Shown piece after piece: positions 39,008-51,954 of a DNA stretch of 64,000 bases. Numbering within the stretch: position 1 is the first letter of the stretch; the number at the start of each line of letters is the position of its first letter. The notes beneath the pieces were generated by a model, which made no database searches, had not been told where the DNA came from, and saw nothing but the letters and a program-made list of their open reading frames with translations. A program made the translations under genes and the position numbers. Source of the DNA: Azolla caroliniana (Eukaryota; Plantae; Polypodiophyta); contig JBHGNT010000005.1 in the NCBI GenBank assembly GCA_043228905.1, positions 22,010,001 to 22,074,000 of the forward strand, in the 5' to 3' direction.

Positions 39008-42000
39008 ATAAATATTAGATATCTAAGTACTAAAGTAAGCTTAAGATAAGGATAAACAAATGATAGATAGAAAGGAGAAAGAGAAAGAAGGGTGTCGATC
39101 CACCCGACCACCCCCGAGCGAAGGGATCGAGACGGACTCGAGCCTCGATCGGCGTCCCATACCACCGTCGTGGCGTCGAGTCGTACCTGGTGCTGGCGCG
39201 CTCGCTACAAGAGTTGAACCACCACAAGAGCAGAGTCTCGATGTAGTCAAAAAGATTATCAAATGAGGGTAGCTAGGCCTCTTATTTATAGCGATACCCA
39301 AGGCCCCCAGGCAAGTTCACACTTGACCTAATGGGTTGTCTCAATCCCGAGGATTAAAAGTAATCCTCCCCTTCTTTACACTCTCGTTTAACCCTCACAC
39401 TTATCCACGTGTATAGAATACTACGGTAAATTCTCACCACGGGATATTAGTTCTGAGAGTATTTTCGCGTTCCCATGTGGCATCTTTTATTGATTTATCC
39501 ATCCATTTTATTTTAAATTCTCGGATTTCTTTAGTACGTAATTTTTTTGTTTTAACATCAAGAATTCTTTCTGGTACATGTGGTTTAGAAGATAATTCTT
39601 CAGAAGTAACCAGAGTTTCAGTTGTAACTGTATTGTCGCCAGAACCTAGAAGTTCTTTTAGACGACTCACATGAAAGACTGGATGAATTCCAACACCATC
39701 GGGAAGAGCAAGACGATAGGCTGATGACCCAATGCGTTTGAGGACTATAAAAGGTCCACAAGACCGTGGGGCTAACTTAGCGCACTTACCCGTAGACAAT
39801 GTCTTAGAATTGTGAGGTACACGTAAAAATACCTTCTGTCCAGGGTTGAATACACGAGGTTGCCTATGATGATCGGCATAAAAACGCGCTCTATCTTGAG
39901 TTGTTTTTATATTATCTTGTGCAATATGCAACATATGTTGCATATCCCGAAGAAAGTTTTGCGTACTTCGCAACTCATCATGATGTATATTAACATCAAT
40001 CGGGGCTCGTGGCTGAAAACCATACATCAACATAAAAGGACTATATCCAGTCGACGTATGCTTGGAGCTGTTATAAGCAAACTCCAAAATTGGGAGATAA
40101 CGTTCCCATTTTGTTGTTTTTGCACCAACGTATGCTCGAAGCATGTCCTCAATAATTTGATTTACTCGTTCTATCTGTTCATCGGATTGAGGATGATCCG
40201 TGGAGCTCATGCTCAACGTAGTTTCTAACTTCTTAAAGACTTGCGTCCAGAAGTCACTAGTAAACTTTGGATCTCGATCACTCACGATATCCATTAGTAA
40301 CCCATAAAAACGAAACAATTCGTCAACGAATTGGTAAGCCAATTTAGTAGCAATAAATCTGGCCATTTTAGTTAGTCAATCAACAACAACCCAGATGGCA
40401 TCATGGCCTTTTTGGGTGCGAGGAAGGCTAACAAGAAAATCCATGGATATGCTTTCCCACTTATTATTGGGAATGTCCAAGGGATGTAAAAGTCCTGCGG
40501 CTTTAAGTCGCTCGACTTTGTTAACCTGACACTGGTGACATTTAGTCACATAGCTATGTATGTCAGGACGCATCTTAGGCCAATAAAATTGAGTGGAGAT
40601 GAGAACGAGTGTACGATGTATTCCAGGGTGCCCTGCTGAGGGTGCATCATGGCATTAAAAAAGAATCCTCTTTTTGACCTCGGGTAAATCTGGAACACAA
40701 ACCTTCCCATTACGGTAGAGCAAACCGTTAGCAATGTGGAAGTATTCCTTCGAGGATGTGGTGGTGTCTGTTCCAGACTCAACTCTTGCCCAGTATTTTG
40801 CAAAATAATTGTCATCAGGATACTTTCCTCGAAGGTGATCATAAAGATCTGATGTTATTTCAATGAAGCTAAGCATGTTAACTTCACGGATGCGACTTAG
40901 TGCATCAGCAACAGTGTTCATGAAACCTTTACGATATCGTATGGAAAAATCAAAGTCCTGGATGAGATCAGCCCATCGTGTCTTACGACCTTTCAGGTCT
41001 TGTTGGTCACAAAAATATTTCAAGGACTCGTGGTCCGTAGTTACCACAAAGCGATTTCCATAAAGATAATCGCAAAGCGATTTCCATAAAGATAATCATG
41101 CCATGTTTTGAGCGCATGTATAACTGCAAATAATTCCTTTTCTTGAACGGTATACCGACATTGAGCAGAATCAAGTTTCTTACTCTCGAATGCTATTGGT
41201 TTACCATCTTGATACAAGACAGCACCTATAGCATAATCGCTTGCATCGGTTTCAACCTCAAAAGGTTTTGAAGAATCAGGTAAAAGAAGTGAAGGAGCCT
41301 TGCAAACCAAGTCCTTGAGTTCCTTAAAGGCGAGGTCTAGTGTAGCATTCCACACAATAGGTTTTGTAGACTTACGTGTTTGACCTTTTAAAAGATCAGT
41401 AAATGGTGTCGTTAATTGGGAGTAATTACGAAGAGACTTTCGCAAAAACCCGACAAAACCAAGGAATGATCGAACTTCTCGAATATTCCGAAGAGTGGGC
41501 CAAAGCTTGATTTTCTCAATGCGAGAAGGATCAATTTCAACTCCTCGTTCGGTTATGAGATGTCCAAGATAAGTAATTGATTTCTTTTAGAACTCACATT
41601 TTGAGATCTTCGCATAAAATTGTTTGTCACGCAATGTTTGTAAAACAAAGCGGACATGTTTAGCATGTTCTTGTAATGTACGGCTATAAACTAAAATATC
41701 ATCCAAGAAAATAACGACAAATTTTCCAAGTTGTTCTCGAAAAATGTCATTCATTTCTTGTTGAAAAGTAGCCGGAGCATTGGTCAAACCAAAAGGCATA
41801 ACCAAAAACTCGTAATGGCCATAGCGCGTACGAAATGCCGTTTTAGGAACATCGTCCTCACTTATTCGTATTTGATGGTAGCCAGTACGGAGATCAAGTT
41901 TCGTAAAATACCGAGCTCCCTGGAGACGGTCAATTAGATCGTCAGCCCGGGGCAATGGATACGAATTCTTGATCGTCACTTTATTCAAGCATCGGTAATT

Positions 42001-45000
42001 AATACACATACGCCATGTGCCCTCTTTCTTTTTAACCAAGAGAACTGGTGCACCCCATGGAGATTTACTATAACATATATAACCCATTCGTAAATAGTCC
42101 TTGAGTTGCTTAGATACCTCATCTTCTTCGGATCGACTTAAGCGATACGGAGGTATACTTATTGGTGCAACACCAGGTACAATATCTATACGATGGTCTA
42201 TATTACGTTTAGGAGGTAACCCATCAGGTAGTTCACTTGGAAAAACATCATGAAAATCATTTAAGATTTCATCAAGTTGTTGTTCAAAATATGTTAATTG
42301 AACCGAGACATTATCGATATTGTAAACGTGAATGTCCGGATCAAGTACACAATAAAATAACGTAGAACAAGACAACTCGGATATTGATGGACACGAGGAA
42401 ACAATCGAGAGGGATTGTTTTTTTACACATTTAATAAAATGCGTACAATCGTTCAGTACAAAAGAAATGGAATGGCGAACCCAATCAATAAATAAAGAAG
42501 AGTTTGTATTATAAAACCAAGGATAACCCAGTATTACATCGGTGGTACAAAGATTCATTACATGGAAGTCTACTTCCTCTATATAAGTATCAATAGAAAT
42601 TCCTAATGAATTAATCGCCCCGTTGATGTATTGTACTCTTCCATCGGCCAAGTGCATCGTGTAGGTGTGATCACTTACGGTGTCAGGAACAGTACTAAGA
42701 CAGAGAAGGAATTAGTACTAAAAGAAGTATTAGTACTAAGAGAGGTGAAGAACTCTCGAGAGAAGGAAAGAGTGAGTGAGAGGGAGGGAGAGAGAGAGAG
42801 AGAGAGTGATGATAGGAAAAGATATATATTATGTGAAGAAAATGTATAGTAGCTAGGAGGCTTAAGACTGGCGTTGAACCGATTTGGTTCGAAATAATGC
42901 CTTGTGCCTCCTTTTATAGTGTTCTAAGGAATACTCCTGAAGTTTCTAGAATGTTCCAGAGAAATCTGGAATATACATCAATTTTCTATAATAAAACATA
43001 AATGAAAATAATATTCTACGTATTACAATGTATAGTCTAATGGTCAAGAGCTCGACCCATGTAGCATAAGGTCATGGGTTCGAGTCTTGCCATATCATGA
43101 TACCATCCCCCTTTTAAAACGACGAGTGTAACGAGTCGTTTTGGATTGAGGACCCGGTTTGTCTGGATATTGACGATGGAAGTCTTCAAGAAGAGCACGA
43201 GCATTGGTGACATTCTCTATCGGTTCTCAAGTACGCTCGTTGAGACTATATCCTAGCCGATCGACTAGATAGTAGAGCTTGTTGCGAACAAGCTTGGAAT
43301 CAAGGATGGCGGCAACCTCGTACTCAGGTCCATCTTCAAGCTTGATCGGGGGTGGAGGCTGTGTAATACGTCCTAGGATGGTGCTCTCTTGATAGGGTTC
43401 GAGGAGAGAACTATGAAACACCGGATGTATCCGAAGTTGTGGAGGTAGATCAAGACGAAAAGCGCCATCATTAATCTTTCCTATAATACGGAAAGGACCT
43501 AATCGCCGATAATCCAACTTCTCGCATGGGCGAGTGGTCTTGATGTGTCGTCGGAGTAACCATACCCGATCTCCAATGTTAAAACTAGATGGGAGTCGAT
43601 GACGATCTGCATAAACCTTGTGTGTTTGTTGAGCTTGTTGGAGGTGAGTAGATACATCCGTTTGTATCTTGCGTAACCTCTCCAAACGATCTTCTGCGCA
43701 AGGATTTGTGGACACCTCTGGGGTTTCAAGTACACACCACCGGGGGTGACATCCCGTATAAGCATAAAATGGCGTAACTTTAGTGGATGCATGGATAGAG
43801 TTGTTATAGGCAAATTCGGCGAAGTGGAGAATATCTGCCTAGTCATCCTGATGATAGCTGAGAAAGCACCGCAGATACTACTCCAGCGTTTGATTGGTTC
43901 GTTCGGCTTGGCCATCGGTTTGGGGGTGGTGGCCGAAGGAGAGGTTACAAGTGACCTTGAGCATGTTAAAAAGGTGCTTCCAGAATTTTGACACGAACTG
44001 GGGTCCACGGTCGTTGATGATACTATCGGGAAGTCCATGATGCTGACATACTTCACGCATGCCAATTTCAGCAGTGTCTTCACGGGAGATCTCCTTAGTA
44101 CATGGCAAGAAATGAGCCATCTTCGTATATCGATCGACCACCGTTAGAATCGCATTGAACCCCTTAGAGACTAGAAGATCTGTGATGAAGTCTAGAGCAA
44201 TAGATTGCCACGGCTTGCTTGGAATTGGTAATGGTTCTAATAAACCATATGGATCATGCCTTGGCATTTTCGCTCTGCACCATGTATCATAAGTCCGAAC
44301 AAAATCCTCGACAAATTGTCGCATACAGGGCCACCAGAATGATCGTTGTACTAAATGTAATTTTTTAGTACTACCAAAATGCCCAGCTGTGTATGTGTCA
44401 TGACAGTTTTGTACTACTTGAAGGCGGCAAGAACCATTAGGAACATACAAAAGTTCTTTAAAGAAGAGTAATCCATCATGGTATTTGAATTGTCGATAGT
44501 CCGTACCTGGTGGTTGTGACTGTGAACACGTCGCTCGAGAGGGATCAATTTGTGCTAGTATAGCTTGGGCGAACGCATCTGTCTTCAAGTCTTCGCGTAT
44601 GGTATCGATAACGCGGGAATCCATGGGCATGTCAAAGATCTGTGTTGCTTGTAGTCGTGCCGGTCCCAAGATGACTTGTTTTTGGTTATCTAAAGCTGGC
44701 TCACTGGGACGGGGTGCTAGATACGAACGCCATGATAATGCATCTGCCTTCCCTTGGTGCTTCCCCGGACGATATGTAATTTTGAAGTCGAAACACGTGA
44801 GGAAGTGGGCCCACCGAGCTTGACGTCGATTAAACACACGAGCATTCTGAAAGTAGGCAAGGTTCTTGTGGTCACTAAATACAGTGACCGGATGAGAGGA
44901 TCCCTCTAGAAAATGCCTCCATTGCATAAAAGAATCCACTATTGCCAATAGCTCCTTATCATGAATTTCGTAGTTGATTTCGGCGGCGTCAAACTTGCGT

Positions 45001-48000
45001 GAGTGAAAAGCCACAGGATGTAGCTTCTCATCATTCCCCTGTTGTGACATAATGCTCCCCAATACGAAATCCGATGCGTCAGCTTTGATAATGAATGGTT
45101 TTTCCAGATCGACATGAGCTAGAATTGGAGCCGATGTAAATGCCTTTTTAAGACTCTCGAAAGCCATGTCCGTTTCTTCAGACCAGATGAACGGTTGTCC
45201 CTTCCTGGTAAGTTGTGTGAGAGGTAGAACGATCTTTGAGTAATCTTGTATGAACTTCCGATAAAAATTGGCAAAGCCTAGGAAGCATTGCACATCCTGC
45301 ACCGAACGCGGAGTCTGCCATTCTACCACCGTTTTGACTTTAGCTGGGTCCATGGAGATGCCTTCTGACGAAATGATGTACCCGAGAAATTCCACTTGGT
45401 TGCACCCGAAACTACATTTTTCCAGCTTTGCATACAGACCATGTTCTCGAAGTCGTTTTAGTACTAATAGTACATGAGAATCATGTTCTTCTTGGGTCTT
45501 TGAATAAACCAGTAGATCATCCAAATAGATGATCAAACAATCATCCAATAGATCTCGGAATATATCATTAGCCATGTGCTGAAAGACTGTCGGCGCATTA
45601 GTGAGGCCGAACAGCATGACCGTATACTCGAAGTGCCCATATCTGGTGCGAAACGCGGTGTCGCATTGTTACGCGCGTGCGTGGAGAAACGAGGCGGGAC
45701 CACCGGGGTCTTGAACCGAAGAGCAAGTGATAGAAGGGGAAAGAGAAAGAGAGAGACACCCGGTCACGTATGAGCAAAGAAACACAGGGGCACGGCCTGT
45801 CAACACAGAAGGCGTGAATGGACACAGAGACAGGGAGACACAAGTGTTTGTATATTAACGAATAACAAGTACACAACAGAGCACGCGAGCGGTTATGACC
45901 GAACAAGCCGGCGAACAGATGTCGATGCCTGTTCGTCTGCGCACGTAAAGGGGATAGGATAGAGGTGCTGCCGGAAGCACACGGGCGTTCCTCGAAGCAG
46001 CGCGAGCCTCTCGAAACCTGCAGAGAAGAGCAATAGAGAACAGACAGAGGAGAAGCGTTCGGTTACGGTCCGACAGCACTTCGTCCTCCTCAATGCGCGA
46101 TCCCTTCTCCCTGCGTCTCCCTCTCCTTTATAGCTTCCAGAAGGGAGCCGTCTCCCTCATTTACTTCCTTCCTACCGAATCCAACTACCCGGATATGCCT
46201 TTGTACTTAATTCCCTATTATATACATTAAGGGTGCGCACACGTGAAGATTCGGTTCACGCGCGCTATCCACCGATTGCGCCAAGGGACGGTTTTCTTCA
46301 CGACCTCCGCCCCCACCTAACCGCGCATCCACCGGTATGTGCCAAAATTGGGTTCTGGTTGGAGAAAACCGGTCTGGGTTCCGTTTCTTCGTCCATCGGT
46401 TCGTCCTCCGTTTCGGACTGTTCGTCTTCGCTGTTCAGGCCTCTTAGATCTGGTTCGTCGTCATGGCGCTTCTTGAACACTTTGATCCGCTTCCCTGCTA
46501 CCGGTATCGCCATCCTCGTACCGTCGAGTTCCACCAGGTGATACGTTCCGTTGTCGTTGGCGCTCGTTACCACGTAAGGCCTGAACCACCGCTTCGCAAA
46601 CTTCCGTGTTGCTCGGTGCTGGTTGTCGAGGCTGTTGTCGTAGACTAGCACCCAGTCGCCTTCCTCGATTTTCCTCGGTCGGAGCCGGTGCGTTCAGTCG
46701 AACCGGGCTTTGTTCTTCATCCTCGCCGTCCGAAGTCTCCCCACCGCTCGTTCCAGGTCCTCTGGCCTCCGCTCGAGCTGCCGTATACGTGCCGCTAGTA
46801 GTTCTTCCCGACTCATCTCGTCTCTCCACTCTACTGTCGCCCAAGAGGAGATCGTCCGTTCCATCGGCATGATCGGCTTCTGTCCGAACATGAGCTCTGA
46901 CGGCATGAACCCGGTTACCGAACTATGCGTTGTCCGGTCCACCCACAAGGCATAAGGTAACAGTCGTGGCTAGTTCTCGACCTGGTCTCCACATGCCCGG
47001 ACTAGCGCTTTGACGATCAGTCCATGCCCGCGCTCCACCTTCCCATTCGCCTCCGGATTGTACGTTGTGGTGAGCGAGAGCTTGACCCCTAACCAGTCGA
47101 ACAGCTCCTCGGCCTCTTCGGTATCCAACTCCCCGCGGTTAGCCACGATTTTCCCGACACACCCGTATCGGCATATCACGTCCTCGATCAGGAACCGACA
47201 CACGGCCGTGGTCGTTTTGTTCTGCAGGGCTCGGCCTTCCCCTGGTTCGTCAGGTCCTCCCGGACCAGCACCAAATATCGCATCTGCCCTACGCCCATCG
47301 GCATCGTCACCAAATCTACCATCCATTTGAAGTGGATGGCCGGAGGGTATGTAGGGTGAAGCTCGTCTTGATGTCGGACTATGGAGTGCATCTGGCAGCT
47401 CTCACAAGTTGTCACGAACCGATGTACGTCCATGTACAGTCCCGGCCACCAGTACTTCCCCTTTAGTTTCTCGAACGTGGCCCACGTCCCACGGTGTCCA
47501 GCCCAGGGGCTATCGTGGTAGGCCTTCAGCAACTCCTCCTGTTCCTTCTTCATCGCATTCACCATGTGGGCCACCGAGTTCGTCCCTCCTTGTGGCAGGG
47601 TACACATCCGCACTAGGCCGAGAGGAGTCCGCATCGTCGTAATGTCTCTACTCTCTACGGCTAGTTGGAACTGATCGTACCCCGAGTACAGATCACCGAT
47701 CGAGTAGATCGACCTTCCGGCGAAGGCCTCCGCGAACTCGTCTATCGTCGGTCCGATTCCTGCGTTCCGAATGGTCACTCTGTTGACCGGTTGTAGGTCT
47801 TGAATGAAGCGCAACGTCCCGTTCTTCTTCGGTACGGTAAACCACTGGTTCGAGTACAGGGCACTCGACGGTTCGAGGATGCCCATATCGACTTTCTGCC
47901 TCAGTAGCTCCATCAGCTCCGGGGTGTGAGCTCTCGGTACCGGAATCGATTTGAGATTCCACGGCATATGCAATACCGTGAATATCACCATCGGCTTTAC

Positions 48001-50978
48001 GACTGTCGGGTCTACGCACCCGATTTCTTCCGGTGAGAATGCGAAGGCTTTCCCGTGCCTTCCGAGCATTCTCCGAAACCGGTCTTCTTCCGCCGGCAGT
48101 AGGAACCCGCCCCCACCGATTTTGAGCTCCCGTAGCGTTTTGTCGGTGAAGGTGTGTCCTATGCAGGCCGGATCACGTAAACTGGGGTCCGACGCGACCC
48201 CCTCGATTCGCAACTCGCTGCCCTCCGGTAAGGGTGCCGCGACTGGCCTTACCTTCCGGTCCACAATCTTGTACTTCGTGTTAACTCCCGTAGCGTTTTG
48301 TCGGTGAAGGTGTCTCCTATGCAGGCCGGATCACGTAAACTGGGGTCCGACGCGACCCCCTCGATTCGCAACTCGCTGCCCTCCGGTAAGGGTGCCGTGA
48401 CTGGCCTTACCTTCCGGTCCACAATCTTGTACTTCGTGTTAACCCGGGCCGTCCGATCCGACTCGAGCCCTCGACTGAAGTCCGCGATGACTTCATACAT
48501 CTCTTCTGAACGAACCGGTATCGTCCGGTCCTCTTTAAGGCCCTCTCCGACCACCTCTCGCAGTATTCCCAAGGTATCGTCGAAGGAGACCGCCTCCACG
48601 GCTCCGTTGATTTCCTCGCTGGGCACGAGGACTCCGCACGCCCGAAGTCGCTCTTCCGCCATTGTCTTTTCTTGGCCTACGACGCCGACTATCGTACACC
48701 CTCCGTTGTCGGAGAAACAAAACTTCCTACTTATGGTACAAGGTTTCTTCGGTTTCGCTTCTATCGTACATTTGTGGGGTTTTCCCGGAGTGTCCGGACT
48801 GTCGCGGCCCCACGCCTTGGCAGCCCTCTCTAAAAATCCTCTCGGTTCTTGCCACCGAGGGATTCGCGGTTTCGCTCGTGGTTCGGTCGCACCGTCAGGA
48901 ACTGGACCGTATGACGCCCGTCCTGACTTTTGACCCTCGCGTAAGCCGACCCGTTGTCCAGCACCTTGGTCTCCATTCGCGCTGCCGTAATGTACGGTTC
49001 CCCTAGTATGACCGGGTGCGAGGACGTTTCCTGCACAAAGAAGTTCCGGTCTATCTCGACGTCGCCGATCTTGACTCGCATGTTTGGGCAGGCCCCGTGT
49101 AGCTCCTCGGTGGCGCGTGTCGCCGCCCGTATCTTCCACCCGTGCTTAGTGTTGATCGGCCATTTCCCCTTCTTGTAGAAGTCCATGGACATCAGGTTTA
49201 TTTCCGAACCGTGGTCCACCAGCGCCACCACCGGTTCCTGAACATCCCCGATCTTCACCGGGGTTTCCGTGGTCGCTCGGGCCCAGTGTGGCCTCGAATA
49301 GTGGCTCTCCGCCCACTCGTCTTCCAGCGCCATGTCCTCTATGTGCGCCGTCCGCACTTCCACCGGCCTCTCCGGTTCTGCCTCCGTCGACAGCCTCTTC
49401 CTCTTCACCAAGTCCACGATGGAGTCGTGGAACTCCTTCTTGGCGATCCCGAGCACCTCCCGCAACGACAGTTCCACCTTGTTGTCGAGGATTCGTTCTT
49501 CCAGGACCTTTCGCAGGTCCGTGGTCCTTTCGATCTCCGTGCCCAAACGGTATCCGCCCTTCTTGTGGTTATCCCAGGCACTGGACTCACCGGCCTCGTT
49601 CCGTTTCGGTCCAAATCGGGTTTCGTATCTCTGTGAGGGCCCGGCCCCTCCGATCTTACCTACCCATTTGTCTTCAACCAGAGCCTCGTAGTTGTTGCAA
49701 GCTGCTTCGACGAAACTCGTCTTTTCTTCGACCGGGTCACTCCACCCGGTTACGTCCTGGACCCGCTTCTTAGCGCGGTCCGCCTCATCTCTCTTTAGTC
49801 GAGCACTGGCGAGGCCTTCCAGCACCGTCGGCTAGAACTCGGCTTTGCTCTCCTTCCGGGCCCCGCTGCCCCCGACCCGAATATCAGCTGACGCTGAGTA
49901 GTGGACGGTCTCCGCGTGCCGGGCAGCCGCCTCTTCCATCAGCCTTTTCATTCCCCCTCTCCCGTCGTTTCGGTTCAGGGCCCTCCAGGTATCACTGGCG
50001 TGCACCCGACCTTCCCACAGGTACACTACCCGGCTTCTCAAAGCCTCCATAAAGTCCCCGCAATCTTTCCGGATGTGGCCGACCTCGTCGCACCACATAC
50101 ACCTACTTCCTGCCGGAGCCCGTCGGTCACGAGCCTGATCGCCGCCTTCCCTCCGAGCCTGGGCGATCTGGAGATCCTTTACCGCCCGTGTCAACTCCTC
50201 CAGAGCTGTTCCCCCGGACGAGCCTCTGATCACGCCGGTTGAAGACGAACCGGTTTCGAGCCACTCCCGGTTCTCTTCCCTTCGCGCCTGTGGTACCGGT
50301 TCGAGCTTCCTTGCCGCGAAAGGTCCCGCCCCGGTCGCCTCTGTATCAGCCCACTCCCACCGTTTCTCAAAACGGCCGCAGACTCTCTTTACCGCAGCCC
50401 AATCGGTCGTCAGCCCGTCTTCGGTTTCCAGTAAGGAGCCCACTTGCCCCCGATCCCGTGCGTCAACCGATTTGACAAACAGTAGGACACGACTTGTGTC
50501 CAGAACGGTCTGATCGAGCGCCGAAAGGCGCGCAAAGCGTTCCTCAAACTCCCGGAGGAGTACTGACGCATTTCTTCCTTTGTTGGGGGACTCCACCCAC
50601 TCCATGAAGCTCCGCTTCGAAAGTCGAAGCGCGTCATCCAGCCCGTATTTCTCCAGGAGCTGTCCTTCGAACTCCTCCCAGGTCCGGCTCTCCGCCCGGA
50701 CCTCGAGCACCACCGCATGGATGCCTGGCATCGCCACTCGAGGGAATCCGGCAAGACGCCTCTCTTCCGGAATATCCCTCATCAACATCTCCGCCCGGTA
50801 GGACGCCAAATAACTCGTGGCATCCTTTCCACTGAACCGGCCGATCATACCGATGATCGCCTCAATAGCCCTATCAAGGGCGTCGGTGCCCTCGCGCGCG
50901 CTCACTATCCGGTCCATGGCCGAAGCCATGGCCTCTGCAAGATCCGACCCCCTCATCTTCTGCTCCTCTGCCGCCTGT

Positions 50979-50996
50979 TTCACGTCGGGTTCACCA
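50979..50996 (-). promoter_or_regulatory. Primer-binding site for tRNA-Trp (element I)
   Basis: Plus strand TTCACGTCGGGTTCACCA matches the 3' 18 nt of plant cytosolic tRNA-Trp as I recall it. Confidence 0.82.
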
Positions 50997-51157
50997 AATG
51001 TGTCGGGTTGTTACGCGCGTGGGTGGAGAAACGAGGCGGGACCACCGGGGTCTTGAACCGAAGAGCAAGTGATAGAAGGGGAAAGAGAAAGAGAGAGACG
51101 CCCGGTCACATATGAGCAAAGAAACACAGGGGCACGGCCTGTCAACACAGAAGACGC

Positions 51158-51954
51158 TGTCGAGATATTACGCAAGTGCGTGTGGAAACGAGGCGGGACC
51201 GCGGGGGTCTCGAACCAAAGAGCAAGCGAGGGAGGAGAAAGAGAGAGAACCGGCTACGCAGGACCGGGGATACACAGGGACACGGCCCTTCAGCACGGAG
51301 AACGCGAACAGACACCGACACAGACAGATGCGAATGACTAAATATGTATATTAAGAAAAATGGCCAACACGACTACAACCCTCGATGGGGCACAGGTTGG
51401 TTACAACCGAACAGGCCGGCGAACAGATGCCGATGCCTGTTCGCTTCGACGCACAAAGGGGTAGCAGGTCGGTCGGAGGTGCTGCCGGAAGCACTCGGGC
51501 GTTCCTCGAAACAGCGCGAGCCTCCTCGGAACCCTGCACAAAAAAGCTATGGAGCTCTAGAAGGAAGGAAACAGAGAGAGAAGCGTCCAGAAACGGTCCG
51601 ACAGCACTTCGTCCTCTCTGCGCGAGATGCCTGCAACAGCTCTTTCCTCCTCCTTATATAGGCCGACGAGCAGGCCATCATGTCAGCTTTATTCCCTGTC
51701 CCTTTTTGACAGGGATCCGCTCCGTCCTTCACGCGTCCGCGTAGTTACGCCGCCGACTCGTACAGTTCCTTCGCTCGCGCGCGCGACCGAAAGGACTATT
51801 CGCGCGGTCTTTGTATCCACTTGTGTTAGGGCCCGTTCCTGCCGATTATCCTCCTAATTCGCTTCTATGTACAACTTGGAGCTTGCGCGCGTGAAGAACC
51901 GGTTCCCACGCCTAGGTGCGCTGATTCCGCCTATGGACGGTTTTCTTCACGACA
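51158..51954 (-). mobile_element. Solo LTR J (relative of element I) nested in the 5' LTR of I
   Basis: TGTCGAG...CACGACA with 4-bp TSD ACGC (51154-51157, 51955-51958); removing it restores the I LTR sequence seen at ~45805-45822. Confidence 0.92.

Noticed and set aside
49832-49834. In-frame TAG between gag and protease of element I as programmed readthrough
   Set aside because: Most simply a TGG-to-TAG decay mutation; single copy, with no readthrough context or supporting structure seen.
48298-51860. Many overlapping plus-strand ORFs in element I and its LTRs
   Set aside because: Expected from the high GC content antisense to gag/pol; no domain motifs.
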